Below the pieces are notes generated by a model. It searched no databases, was not told the DNA's origin, and worked only from the letters and a program-made list of their open reading frames with translations. DNA of 64,000 nt from Catajapyx aquilonaris (Eukaryota). The DNA is taken from the NCBI GenBank assembly GCA_000934665.2, contig JYFJ02001985.1:1-64000 (forward strand), given 5' to 3'. Positions 23,278 to 38,100 of this stretch are shown here, one piece after another (within the stretch, counting starts at the first letter, position 1; each line of letters opens with the position of its first letter). The translations under genes were made by a program, and so were the position numbers.

Positions 23278-26260
23278 ATGAGGCCGGTCGGGCTGCTGGT
23301 GCTGGTGCTGTATTTTGTGGCCTGTGTCAAAGGGCAGAGGAGTGCCCAGGACATAGCCGAAGAAGAGGAGAGGGCCAGGGTCTTCCTCCGGAACATAGAG
23401 GCCAACAATTCGCAGGCATGCACCGACAATGTGTTTGCCGAGTGGGCGTATGCGTCCGATATCACTGATGCCAACAAACAGCGCGCTGTAAGTTGCCCTT
23501 ATTCCTGTTACTTGCTCTGTATTCGCGGAGCAAATTTTTTTCAATGTTGTAACGGTTGATAAGATGCCACACATTCGAGAGTACCTAGGGCGTGTACCTG
23601 ATGGCACAAGCTCAACTTTGAGTTGTGTAATTGTAAATTCATGCAAATATTAATAAGAGTCGAAAAGACAGAAAAACTAAAAAGTGCATAAAAATTAAGA
23701 TTGCGCATATCCTGCACGAGAATGATCATATTTTAAATAATTCCATAGCTGCATATTAATATTACTACACACTGTAAAATTCCTTCTACATTCTGTATTT
23801 GGTTTGTAATCATTGCCACAAACATTTTTATGAATTCAGCATCTTCAAAGGTAAAAGGCACCATGGCCAGGTAGAGGGACTAATGCAATGTCGTGATCTT
23901 GACTAAACTTTTTTTGTTCGTAGCTGGAAGCTAGCTTCAAGTATGCCCAGTACCAGAAGGAACAATGGACCAAAGTGATTGAATTCGATTGGAAAGCGTT
24001 CCGCGACCCGGATCTTCGTCGCCAATTCCACTCTCTGGCCGTGTTAGGAAAAGCAGCTTTGCCGGATGAACAGCTCAAACTGGTTGGTATAACAGTAGAG
24101 ATGTTTTATAGTCGATGAGAACTACACCTGTCAAATAAATGTTTCAGTATGACAAGACAGTTAGCGACATGGAAACAATTTATAGCACCGCGAAAGTCTG
24201 CGATTATAATAATAAATTCCAGTGTGACCTAAGCTTAGAACCAGGTAATGTATAGTAAACATTCAGATGAAGTTCCCTAACTCACTTGTCCGTATACCGG
24301 TACTAAATGTAAATCATTCAGAATTGACTGAACGACTGGCTTCAAGTCGAAATTACGACGAACTAGCAGACATGTGGACCAAATGGCGAGAGAAATCCGG
24401 AAAGCAGATGCGTCCCCTATACAAGACTTATGTGGACTTACGAAATAAAATTGCGAATCTCAACAGTACGTATATTTAACCCATTTTAGAGCGTGCTTAT
24501 ATAATTTTGTAATATATGCATGAAAGTTGAATAATTATTATCTATTCCTAAATGAACCATGCATGTTTTATTTTCACGCAGACTATACGGACAACACTGA
24601 CTTTTGGCTGATGCCGTACGAGTCACCAGCTTTTAGGCGTGATGTGAAGCGGATTTGGGATCAAATGAAACCATTGTATCAACAGTTGCATGCCTATGTT
24701 CGACGGAGGCTGCGAGACGTGTACGGAGAAAAGGTTTCAAAGACCGGACCCATCCCAGCACACCTCTTAGGTACATTACATTGCTTCATGAAGGATAAAA
24801 ATTTAATATTAATCATGCCAAATTACCGAATCTAACTTGTGCTTCTTGTTATTCTTATAGGAAACATGTGGGCACAATCCTGGGGTAATGTGCTGGACAT
24901 CACTGACCCATTTCCTGACAAGCAATCTGTAGACGTCACGTCCCAAATGAAGCAACAGGTATGACATTCGGGCTAACCACTGCTCATGATCCACTTTACA
25001 TCAAATACATATTCGGCAGGGATACAGTCCTAAGAAGATGTTTGAAGTATCAGAGGATTTCTTTACCTCCATCAACTTGCTGCCAATGCCACCTGAATTT
25101 TGGGCCGAGTCCATCATCGAGAAACCTGCCAACCGAGAGTTGGTCTGCCACGCCTCAGCTTGGGACTTTTGCAACAAGAAAGACTTCAGGTATTTGCAAA
25201 AATCGGGTGCAATTCACCAGTCAAGCTACATGGCCATTGTGCTTTCACAGAATCAAGCAGTGCACCAGAGTTAATATGGATGACTTGATCACGGTTCATC
25301 ACGAAATGGGACATATTCAGTATTTCTTGCAGTATAAGGACCAGCCTCTCGTGTTTCGGGAAGGTGCAAATCCTGGATTTCATGAGGCTGTCGGAGATTT
25401 GCTCGCGCTCTCTGCGTCCACACCCAAGCATCTTCAGAAAATTGGGCTGCTTGAAAATTTTCAGGATGACCCAGAGATTGACCTCAAGTTCCTGTTTTCC
25501 ACTGCTTTGGAGAAGATCGCCTTCTTGCCGTTTGCCTATCTGATGGATTCGTGGCGATGGGACGTGTTTAGCGGCATCATTACTCCTGAGGAATACAACT
25601 GTCACTGGTGGAAGTATCGCCTTGAGTACCAAGGAGTCCAACCTCCAAACACAAGAACAGAGGAAGACTTTGACCCAGGGTCAAAGTACCACATTGCAGC
25701 TAGTGTCCCATATATCAGGTAGTCATTTGACTTCACAGAAATTCAGGAGACATTACATAAGACACGAACTTTCTCAGATACTTCGTGAGCTTCATCATAC
25801 AGTTCCAGTTCCACAAATCCTTGTGCATTGTTGCGGATGAATATGACCCGTACAATTCAACAAACAAACCGCTTCATCGGTGTGACATCTACAAAAGCAC
25901 CAGGGCAGGCGAAAAGCTCGCGTAAGTATATTGGGTACATTATTGTTCATATTTGCACGAATAAGACACGTATGTCCGTGCTGTCATCCAGGCGAATGCT
26001 CCAGCTGGGATCGTCCAAGCCATGGCCTGAGGCACTCGAAAGTCTGACTGGCACAAGGAACATGGACGCTGGTCCACTACTGGAATATTTCCAGCCACTC
26101 CAGAAGTGGCTGGAGAAGGAGAATGCTCGAACCAACGAGCACATTGGATGGACAGGAGGTAACCAGGAATTATTACGATCAATTGAAGCGTCTTTTGCAA
26201 ATTGGTGAAATATCCATTGTTGTCAATTTTTCAGGAGAATACGGCTGCGTTAAAAACTAG
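23278..26260 (+). CDS. Ace: Angiotensin-converting enzyme (peptidase M2), single domain, secreted, about 623 aa. Exons 23278-23487, 23924-24082, 24148-24244, 24322-24465, 24582-24770, 24861-24958, 25020-25189, 25251-25718, 25778-25921, 25992-26158, 26235-26260
   Basis: Signal peptide; [27 protein letters not shown] zinc motif, [27 protein letters not shown]; all junctions GT-AG, 1872 nt in frame; no C-terminal TM segment. Confidence 0.96.
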
Positions 26261-29168
26261 GGAGCAAATTAACATGGAAAAGGTGGCTCTAAGGGATGAT
26301 ACAGGAAGGCAAGACTGAAGCTTAGGAAATGACTGCCTGCATTGTCTGCAGAAAACAAAGATGCATTTACTATAGCATTTGTCCCGTAGGTCTTTCACTT
26401 TATGGATAGGAATTTTTATAATCTTGTTAGTATGAATCTCTGCAATAAAATTGTAAGGCGAAAGCACGCTATATCATTAGCTTCTCTGAACTACCAAACA
26501 TGACAAGAGATCACTAAGTCGCCTGCAACGAGGCTATTTCTTCTCCTCTCCATTATCCTTTACCCCTTAATTCTTTGTCACCACAATTTATATCCTGGCC
26601 ACCTTTCCTCCCTGACAAGAGGACAGGAAGTATCCCTGAATCTCAGTCATTGTAATACATTGGAAGGCTATTATGATTGATGTTACTAGAATTCGACAAG
26701 TTTGTTAATCGGAAATTACAACCTCAGAATTCACCCATCACGACGCTAGGAATCACGAGTAGGCCTACTGCCAGTCTTATCTGTTTTCCTCTAACATACT
26801 GTAAGATGGAGTTCGTGGATGTTTTTAAAAACTACTTATGATTGCTGCTATTGACATATACCAAATAGGGCTTGAGGCACAAATGTTTTCAAAATATTTT
26901 CATGGTAAAATCATCAAATAATAATAACCTTTTTGGATCCAAAAAACCTCATGAAAGCAAACAAATATTGATATTTTCCCCTTTGCATCAGACGCTTCAG
27001 TTGTTCAGATGCAAGTACGCGTACTTTTTATACAATGTTAACAGCAATTTAAAATGTTAGTTTGCTTTTTATGAAAGTTACCATTCACATTGCTATGAGT
27101 TAATATTACAATACCACATGTTATTACAGTGGGCAATCTCTTAGAGAAGCATCTTCTTTCCAGACAACACAATGTGCACGAACGATGCGACGTCAATTCA
27201 TCTTTCATATATCCTCCTACCCATTCTTCTGATGATCAGGATATAAAAACGGAAACCATTTGGTGGATCATCACCCGAATGCCAATATTTAGGGTACATC
27301 CCGTGATTTGTGTTCCTTCTGTTTCCACTGCAATGCATATAGGCACCAATATCAACACCACAGTCACAGTTCCCCTAGACTACCTAGAGCGACGGCACAT
27401 CTAAAAGTTGCAGTACCAGGACAGTACTTTGTGCACCAATGAAGGACCCCAAATAATAAATTACACTTGATTGCTATGCAATAAATTATTTCCTAAATTT
27501 ATCCCAATTACAAACTATTGCAGCACTTGTTCTGTAATGAAACATCCTCCTGTCTCACATTTCATTTCTTCAACTATGTAAGAACCCAATGCTCAGCAAA
27601 CGAATCCTGGGATCAAATATAATCTCGTACAATTCAAATGTTCTGGGAGACAATTAAGATATCTCAAAACCATTAACACAAAAAACAGGGCAACAAATCC
27701 TTCAACATTTATGCTCGTCTTTTATTGAGTAATGATCGCAAAATAAAGTTCATGACTGGCTCTTATTCTCACATTTCTGTGAAGAAAATAATGGGCCCAA
27801 TGTCACATTCAAACAGTTTCATATCAAGTTGCTCTGAAATTAATCCTTTCAGACACAATCAGCAGTTATATATTTGCATCACTCAAAACAGCATGACAGT
27901 TAGCCTACTAGTGATACCCACATAAATGGTCTTTTTGAGTACATGTCCATTCACACAATATATTCTGGCAGGGCACAAAAAGTTTCAGTTTGCATTTTTA
28001 GAATGAAGCAGAAGAAATGTTAGCCTTAGATTGTCATCAGTAAACAGCCTTACTCAAAATTCACCTCTTCATGAACTCAAGCACCGGGTATGCACCAGAA
28101 TTATTTCATTGGAAGATCAGTGCATCATACGTGTTCATCACTTCCCATCACTCACGTATCGCTAGAGCATCAGCAGAAAGAAACTATATTCCCGCTTTCA
28201 TCTAACTACAATATTACTCTACAGGTGGTATCCTAATGCAACAGCTCAATACAACAAAAGTGAAATACAGCTGCATAAAATGTTCCTAGGCCTATCAACA
28301 AATTCACAAATATGGACGAAATGAACCTCGTCGTCAAAAATTTGAATGCTTCCCAACCCGAGGTAATCATTTAATTGGCGTTGAGTAATTTGTGGCAGTA
28401 AAATTAGGTGGTTTAAGTGCTCACGGTAGCAGTCATTCCTTTGCACACATTCTATACTTCAGTCTTTCAACCACGAAATTAAATGGTCGATACACTCTCA
28501 CTGGAGCTATCCCAGAAGCAGCAGGCTCCTATTAATAAGTGTTCAGAATGAAGCACTACACAAGGTCCAAAAATAAGTGCAACATGTCAGCTTCAGACAC
28601 CTTATGTACCAGACAAACGACAGATTGCTATTCAATTCCAAGGGACCTCTCTAACCTGCAACACTGTACTCTTGATCAATGCCTAAGGAGAAAGAACCCA
28701 TAACGTGCCATTGCCTTCAAACTACTTGGACTGTGATTACAATGGCAGGGTATCAGTATGGTCTACACACAAGCTACTGAATGAAGTTCCAAAAGGTCTA
28801 AAAGGGATGGTCCCTGACAGAAGTGGCTTTGGTCATTTCCAAACCTGATATATCGTAACATCTTTATATTCAACTGACTACCTATACTCTGTATTAGCAA
28901 TCTTTGACTAACTGAAATTTCTTGGATTATCACAAGTCAGGAACATTAATTTCTTAAAATAGAGTGACTGGCATACAAAATATACAAATTAGTACAATTT
29001 AAGTAGCTGATGATAGCTGGGTTGTAAAATATATTGGTGTGAAGGTATAAATAGAGAAAGCCTCGGAAACAACAGCACAATCAGTACTAGTACGGTACTC
29101 AGAACGCATGCATAAACATGAACAACAAAAGCAGGGCCCAACTTCATTGGCAAGGTGGTGAATTCCCT

Positions 29169-32100
29169 TCAACTGTCACTTGGCTTTGATTCTGAAATAT
29201 AAAGATGATAATTAGGTTTCTGCCATCACATTACAATGCATGGGGTCATGCTTAATTTCCTGACATCTTGGACATCCAAGAAGTCAGTGCATTTCACTGT
29301 TTACAATAATGCTAAGTTCATTTACCTTGTGTACCATCTCCACTAGCATCAGGAGCTGCTGCTTCATCATTAACTTTAGCATCCGCCTTTTCTTCCTTCT
29401 TATCTTCCTCCTTTTTGTCCTTCTCTTTCTCATCATTCTTAGCTGCTTTGCCCTTTGGAGGAGGTGTAGGTTTGGGCTTGGGTTCCATGTTTGGGTCAAG
29501 GATGATTTTCCCAATGTTACGTCTGTCATGGATTGTCTGCATGGCCTCAGCAACCTATTTTGAAACAACGAGAGTGCATCCGACCTTTGAGTTACTTCCT
29601 AACGAAGAAGCCACTCAAGTTAATTAAATCTTACGTCTTCAAAAGCCCAGGTTGAATCCACAACCGGCTTGATTTTTCCGTCTCCCCAGAGGCGGTACAC
29701 TTTTTCCACAGTCTCTCTCACAAAATCGCTTCCGTTTTGCTGGTACAGTAGATGGCGAAGATTGAAACCTGTCAGGCTCTTGTTGTCGTCAAATAGCTTT
29801 ATGGGAGAAATCTTGTCCACTTGCCACCACTACAAATTAACAGTGAGTAAATAAAATGTCCACACTCATTTTAAAATATTCCATTACCGTCTTGGCAACA
29901 CTAAAGAAGCTCTTGGTCTCTCCTGTCACGATGCTGGAGGAACCTGAAGGCATATTTAAATCAAATATTATTGTCTGGTCTCAAAGACATTAAATCTTAC
30001 TGTTCAAAAATAGCTCAACATTTATAATATAAATTCATTCGTGATTTACCAATACAATTTTTCTAATTTAACTGTCCACGGCCTCCAATAATTATTATCA
30101 CAGCAGGTAAGTTACAAAAAAAGACTACAGCCTCCAAAGAAAAGGTTGTTAAATGTGAATAATGCATTTGAAGAACATCATTTTATATTCACTTGCACTA
30201 AGTGCAAAAATATGGCATCCAATCACATTTCCTGGAGTTAAGGTAGCCAACGCCCAGAAAATGCACATTTGTTCATATTTCATGACAAATTGCCTGGAAT
30301 GCCATGTTTTATCTCCACTTATCATGTTTCAAACCAACTCATTCAGACTAATTTCTCAATCCGCTAAAAATCACAGCACGCAATTAGAACTAAGAGGAAA
30401 GTGAGCAACACCCACCAATGGACTGTATGATCAGTATCAGGGGTCGATATCTTACCGTATAGGATATATTTCCCCATCGGCTTCAGGAGTGAGTAACCCT
30501 TGTTGCATTCTTCACCCCCCAGGCAGTCCAGGACAATGTCCACTCCATCCGGACAGATTCTGGAATTATCGACTGACATTAATCAACTCTTAATCAGAGC
30601 AAGGGCTGCTGGCTGAACCCTCCTACTAAAAGCAAGAAAGTGCCTATAAAGGCTCATGTATACCGATATTAGATTTTTCCTGGCCATTTATTGCAGCAGG
30701 TAATTAATTTTTGGCACGACCATAAAACAATTTTGCCTTTTAAAAAGCTACAATGAGCGTCTTGTCAGCATGATTTATCATATTAATTTTTTTTTTGTAA
30801 ACTGTGTAGTGCATTTTCATGCCACGTATGAGATCGGAAAAGCTTTCTAGAAGTACCGGTACGGAAAATCGCATAAAACTCCTCCCAGAAATGGTCTGCA
30901 AAAAACTGAATTATATGCCTGCTTTTCCCATTACCACTTGGATATCGCATTTGGAATATTACATAAATCGTTCCAAAGAGCATCCGGTAACAAATAGGTC
31001 ATTTTTTAAATTACTCCCGATAGTACATTCGTACGACGCACTGTGCGCCATTATCTGCATGACGGTACAGTCTAAAAAAGAGCCATTTAACCGCAAATTA
31101 TCAACTTCCACAGTGACCTTCCTCCGGCCACAAGGTCAAGTTCAAGGAATTCTCGGGATCTATTTTGACGCTTTCTCTCCACGCCCTTATAAGCGTGTCA
31201 GTGCCGTACATGCGTTATTAATAGTTTAATACATATTCAGTTTTATTAACCCTCCTGTTACACCTGTTGGAATACCGCCAACCTGCTCAACTTCTGCAAT
31301 AAAAAAAATGGCATGCAGAATATCTCACGTGGCCATAAGTGCAAGTTATTGCTCACTTTTTTATTTCGCTCACGTAGTCGCTTCCTCTTTCGAAAACGTG
31401 GCTGAGACTGTCTTTGATGCCATCGTGCTTTCCTTTTGAAGCCAGTCCTATAACCGTCACATCCGACGCGGTTTTGCACAGCTGCGCCACAGCTTGACCC
31501 TGGAATAAGAAATTTATAGTAGAAAATGCTGAGGTTGACTATGAACGCACGTGACGTTATCATGAATTGTTTGCATCGTGTATCGCTGAGTTGAATAGTG
31601 ACTCAGAGTCAGGGAGGAATTTCACAATGAGTGTCCGCTCACAATGTGGCTATCTTTCGACCTGCTTATCGACTTAGGGGTGAAGGCAAGTCAAGTTTAC
31701 TAGATAGTTAAGGACTAACTAGAACGATATGCATAATCTGTATGTAAGATGTAGACTCAAAGTGAACAATCTCTGTGTCCTAACATGCACTGGGAGGTCA
31801 CAGTGCAGGCTAGAAATTTATGCAAATATACCAAAAAAAAATTCAAACTTACCACAGCCCCTCCAGCAGAATGCAGGAGCAAAGACTTTCCTGGGGCTAG
31901 TCCGCCCAGGTCAAAGAGCAAGACATGTGCCACTGCATATGGCAAGGTGAGGGCCGCAGCATCAGTAAAACTCATACCAGAAGGCAGCTTGTAGACAAAT
32001 TTGGCCGGAACTGAGACCAGCTCTGCCCAAGCCTTCGCCTCAGCCAGGGCCGACACAGCATCTCCTTCCTGGACCACAAAATATTAGTTAGTTCCAGGTA

Positions 32101-35100
32101 CTTTTCTGTCAATAACAGAATCAATATGAGTCATTGGAATAGCCATTTCGTCTTTATACACGACTATCGAAGTGACATACGAACTACACACTAACGTACG
32201 TTCTAAGAAGGGTAGTGTCACTCATCAGTTAAACAAACACCGTGGATGTTTCTTCTTGCTCTCTGCCTCCCTTCCGGTCTCCCCAACCTTTTTTGAACCA
32301 TATCCTCTGGTGGCCATCGTCAAGGGCAATTTCTCATCAAGCAAACCCCTGACTGAAAAACGGAAGTGGGGGTCTCACAGACGTCGACCGCAACTGATTT
32401 TCCGCCTGGCTTACCCTCCTCAAAAGGCATGTGAAGGCAATTTTCGAACCGTCCGAGTTACTATCACGTCCTTATGCCCGGCTCGCTAATTTACTGGTTT
32501 TTGTCCCGGTCTTTGGATCCCTCGTCGGTGATCCACCCTCAAATCACTCCGATTCGCTGATCTCCAAATGTGCGCCCAGCCGTGCATAATGATGCACTTT
32601 GAATGAGACGCATTGAATATATGTTTTCAATCAATTATATAGAGTTGCAGAAAATTGTTTGCGACCACCTACACTGTGCTGAAGGGATTCATTTCCTCAC
32701 ACTTGTATACGGTATTGCATATTACGTCGTAGATGTACGAAGCCCTTGAGAATTTCATTTGTAGAGTGCATCTATAGCAGTGATTTAAAAGTCCTCTTTG
32801 ACAGATTAGAGTATTATTACGGAATTGAATTTGAAGTTCGGCAGAGTCGTGCGTCAGTGCTTCGAGCACTTTTGGAGAAAAAAAAACCCCCACAAGTTGG
32901 ATTTCCTACCTCTAACATGCTTACAGTATTCGATTACATTACAGGCATGCCTGACTGAAGTTCATGAAAATAGGTAAAGTACAGCAGCTTAGGAAGTATT
33001 AGAATTACACGCTTGAACCATTTCTTCCATATGCTAATGTGTTATGCTCTCGACACACAGTACAGTGTATATGCGAATGCGTAGTGCGTTGATAATTTAA
33101 TATGACGACACACCGCCTCCTAATACGCACGCATATTCCACAATAAATCATATAGTCTGAGCCGAATCAATACCCTACACATGCCCGCAAAGTTAAAGCA
33201 TATCTGAGCAGAATCACAAACTGTCTGAAAGACTGTCTCTCTCCTCTCGTACATTTGTACAGGGAAGAACTCCTCCTTATCCGTCAATGCGGATTTGGTT
33301 CGTTGAACTCCGAGGCACTCATCTGCACAGTAGTACATCCTCCTCATTCTTCTCCCCAAAATACTACCGAATGATGGCCCTTGAAAGCCACCAACTGAAA
33401 TGGGACCTCGCCCCCAGCAGGAATTCCAGGACCCATCTGCAACCTCGCTTGAATGCTCCAGAATAGGTCAAAGCCAGCTGTGGACACATACGTCTCAGCC
33501 ATTTCACGAGTGTCCCCCATAAAAGCCAACTTCTTTGTCATATCGGCTTCCTGATTCTGACAGGTATGGCTTTTTTCGTGTATATCCAATAATTGAACCC
33601 AATGGGGCAGGGTATTTGATATTGCATGTCACTTACGACATCGAGGCTGACGATTCTCACCAGCCTTTCTGCAGGCATTATATTTGCTGATCGATACTTC
33701 ATCCCCACTGGTAACCCTAACAACAACGCTACATGCATGCGGGGGGTATGTAATTTAACCCATTTCATTCCCCAGATACCAATAACGTTGCTATTAAGGT
33801 GGTTTTATACCACACAGCACTTGATCCCTATAATATGACGTACAATCGTGCGAATATAATTTCCGCATTCGTTAAAATTGAAATTGGAGATATGCAACTG
33901 AAGATATGATTTTTGCTAATAAACAAATTAGTCATATGCAATTTTAGCATGTAATGGAGATGACTTCTAATTCTAGTGTAATGTACACCGGAAGTAAGAT
34001 TCTGGGGCAGATAAGTGGGTTAAGCCTGACTTAAGAGGATTAAAGCTTGAACATTTGCAAGGTACATATCCGCTTTAAGTTGAGGCTGTCTTCACGTCTG
34101 TAATAAATTGCACCCATAAGTTACGAAAACGTGTCCCAATTTGCGTAAAACATACAAGTTTCTTCGGTTGAAAATTCAAAACATCTTTTAAAATCCTTAC
34201 GACGCACTTATCATATGAATGGCACATTAGTGGCCGGATCTTGCAATATTTAGAAGAAAGGAAAACTATAGGATGAGTCAGTGTGTGGGTTTGTGGGTGG
34301 CAGTGCGGGAGGAAGAAACGTGTCTAGCAAATTTGAATGGCGCCACCGATGTTCTCTTGACTAGACGGATATCGACTTTCCAGGTGCAGACTTTCTGGAG
34401 CCCGCCATCACCTAAACTGATTGGGAACTCCCTTTCCTCTTGTCGCTCCCACCATTATTAAACCAAGCCTTTATGAGGGAAGTGTTCAGATTTCTCGCAA
34501 AGTTGCCAGAAATAACGCTATTAGGGAACTCTCAAATCAATTCCCTTCAGATATATCGGTAAGCTACACCTCAGCAACACTGTCGCAGAGACAGTTTAAT
34601 AGTTTATAGGTGCGTGTGTACAGGGTGTGCCTGAAGGTTCCGACAACAATCAAGTAAATATAATGATATTTGCTCTCTCCCAGCAGGAAAATGCCCTTTA
34701 AGAGCCAATATTGGTTCCTCCCAGGCTTGAATTCCGTGTCCCATTCATCCCTGTATTTTCAACCAATTTTGGCGAATTCCAATAGCGACGTTATTTTCAC
34801 TCATCAAATCCGTCCTCCAGCCCTCAGCAACAAGTGGTCCGGAACACAATCAGCTTTGGCAGTGCATTACAACCCCAGTCATTCGCCCGTAATGACCCAC
34901 GAGCAGAGCAGCAATGATCCAAGTCAATTACTACTGATAAACCGTAATTTTCTACGTCAAATTAGTCCAAGTGCATTATTGTTTTCTTATGTGTTCCCTC
35001 CTGGTAGAGTACAATAATGTGATAATACCGTGCTACATGTCAAGTAAGGACACTTGTTTATAACTCCAAAAATAACGCAGTAGGTGGGCGCCTTGGAAAG

Positions 35101-38100
35101 AAAAACATGTTTATACAGTAATATAAATGGAAACTTGTTCAAGCTATATGTAAATTCCAACGCACGATCCGGCCGAGTTGAACTTGGACAGATCTGTTAG
35201 GCAGACCGACATGGATAAATACACACCGCTCGTTCAATTTTCTAACCTCTCTCCAACATCATCCTCCAAGAAAATCCCAAACAATTTATCATTGCACTTA
35301 TGGTATGAGACAAAATGGATTCAGTATAGTTCAGTGAAATTCAGCTGAAGAGACACCACAGGTTTTTCAATGAAATTTAATGTGGTTGAAGCAGACATAA
35401 ACGTAGTATGTTACAGGTCTGTCCTCACCTGAAACTGGTCGACGCCCTCACCGACGCCCACTACTTCTCCGGCGCACTCGACGCCTAGGATGAAAGGCGT
35501 CTTTCCAGGCGAGTCGATCACGCCTTGACGCATCATCAGGTCTTGAAAGTTCAGACCACTGGAAAAAAAGAGGGAATGCAGAACTTGTTATTATGGAAGA
35601 CTGTCACATCAATCTGAGTGTTTACTCGTGGGGGCATGTTTTCGAATTTTTACAACTTCATTTTAGCTCACTTTGGGCTGGGGGGTCAAGCTAGGGTAAA
35701 CTAGTTGTCAAAATAATTATGGAAAATGTACGATGGGTGTGGGTCCATAAGAAGGGGCTAAAGACCCCATATAGTTGCTGCAAATGTCTTCAACCCACGT
35801 ATGAAATCAATTATTTAGATATGTCGCATGATTCTCTCGCATAAGCTTAACTAATAAGAAATCCTTCCACATATTTATTATTAATCATATTACACAAATC
35901 TAATAATTATGAAATGATAATTATTTACCTAACATTGGTGCAACATTGTTAACAGCAGTTAGCACATAATTTCAAAGTGATGATTCCCTTTGTGTAGTGA
36001 ATTTTCAATCAAACCGCTATTGAACCAACCACCTTTGGACGCAATTTCACGCATTAATGACTAGATTGAATAGCTTATTATGCAGCATGACGTGATGATC
36101 ATCCTACATTTGAAGCGGAATTATTACTGCAGAGTGATAATATGTTGGACACCACAACTCTTTAGAGGACAGTGCATGCAGACCGGATAACCTTCAAGGG
36201 TTGTCGTGCTTATGACTCATCAGATCTTTATGGCCGTTGATTAACATCTCCAAGTCGCTACCGTACGAGGGAACTGAACGATAAGAGTCACTTTTTCCAT
36301 ACTGGTCGAAAAACAAGACGCAGTGCATGATGGACTGCGGCCAAAATCGCTCGATTTAATTCCCTCAATTTTTCAAACTTTTTTTTCCAGATGCCGTTGT
36401 TGGTCTCTGGGCATGACACCGGGGACCCCTTGGGATATAAATATTTCAACCATATCCAGCAGTATTCAGTGGCTCGTGACGATGTTTTGGAGCTTTCAAA
36501 ACGTTCCCAACCGGACCATGCGATGCATCAATTTAATCCGATTAAAATATTATGGGAGGATGGCCAGTTTCATGATGTATAGCAGTTCGGATCGTATCAC
36601 AGTTACTGAGTTCACAACTCGATACACCTTATTTACCACGAATAAATCATAATCAGATTTTCTGCCCTTTTCGAACTAAAGGGTGTTCATTGTTCATCAC
36701 AATTTCTTACGTGTTTGATATATCAAAAGAAATACTCTATACGGTGTAAACCAACATAATTTTATCTCCAATATATAGCCATGCATTCAATTTACAATCA
36801 GTTACAGCACTTCCAAGCTGTACATTTCTACAGCAAACACTGATTGGTCCCATTCATGTACGAGCACTGAAATGGCAATGCCCTTGCGTGAAATTATGTA
36901 AATTTAATTTTTTTATCCTAGTCTCCCCACCCATTCGTGGCACACTTGACAAATCCACTGAGACCCAGTTTCCCAGGCAGGCACCATGTTTCCCTAATTA
37001 TGGCAAGTTGTGAGCCCAGCAGCTGCGCACACATAATGCAAGCAGCCTGAGATGGATTTAACGCTGTCACGTGTTGATAACCCAGCCCTTCAAAAGCTGA
37101 TGGTGATAAAACCGAGCATCTCCATCCGGTATTTTACAAGCCAGTTTTACACAGAGTTTATGTACAAGAGGCGACAACCCTTCCGCAGTTATCCCATCGC
37201 CAAATCCACATATCTTTTTTTACGTCCCTTACTAAGAATTACCGTGACTCACACTATGATTTGTGCCTCAAAATATGCTACATTTCGACCCTGAACTATC
37301 ACGCAACCCTGGCATAATTGAGTCATTTCAGCCAGCTCAAAGTTAGCAATTTGACGCGATATTGGCCACATTTTCAATTGTCCAGCGGCTGCGCCCTTTT
37401 GTTATGACCGGTACCGTATAAGTGGCATCGGATCAATACGATGAATGACGGCGAAGCAACAGATGTCCGCTCCTCTATTTCACACAAGGTTCACTCAACC
37501 ACACTTTGCTCAACAATGCTGCCTAAACAAACCCGGAGATATACTTGGCCAAAATAACAAACCTGCCTGGCTCAAGAGGTGTAATCTAAATGAATGGGTG
37601 ACATTTTCAAGACTCTGTAGTTTGTATGCACGTAACCCTCATTTCCGTCTTTCCGCATTAATTCCCGCATTTAATTAAGCCCGTGGGAAGCTGTCAGAAA
37701 CAGCTTCTTCAGGTCAGGAACCACACTGTCTGCCTCTAGCTGCCACTGTAAATAATTATGGGCAATGTCCGCAGATATTAGCCAACCGTACCTAATCCGA
37801 TGACCTTTGACACAACCTACTGACTCCGCAGTAATAAAACTGGCGGAGGGTCAGCAGGTCACATATCAGGACAAGGTCATGGTGTTGAATGACCTTTGGC
37901 CCTTCATACATTCCAGTTGTCGTCAGCACCTGCTCCAGCTCGGAAGAGGGCATAAATCATACCAGAGCAGATGTCGGCATCGCAAAACATGATACAGACC
38001 CCAGCAGCACGTACGGTCCAAAAAACGCTACCGGAAGCGACCAAAAATCCTGCTCGTGTTTCATGCTCGCGTGCTGTGTAGCCTCGGCCATTTCCAGCCC

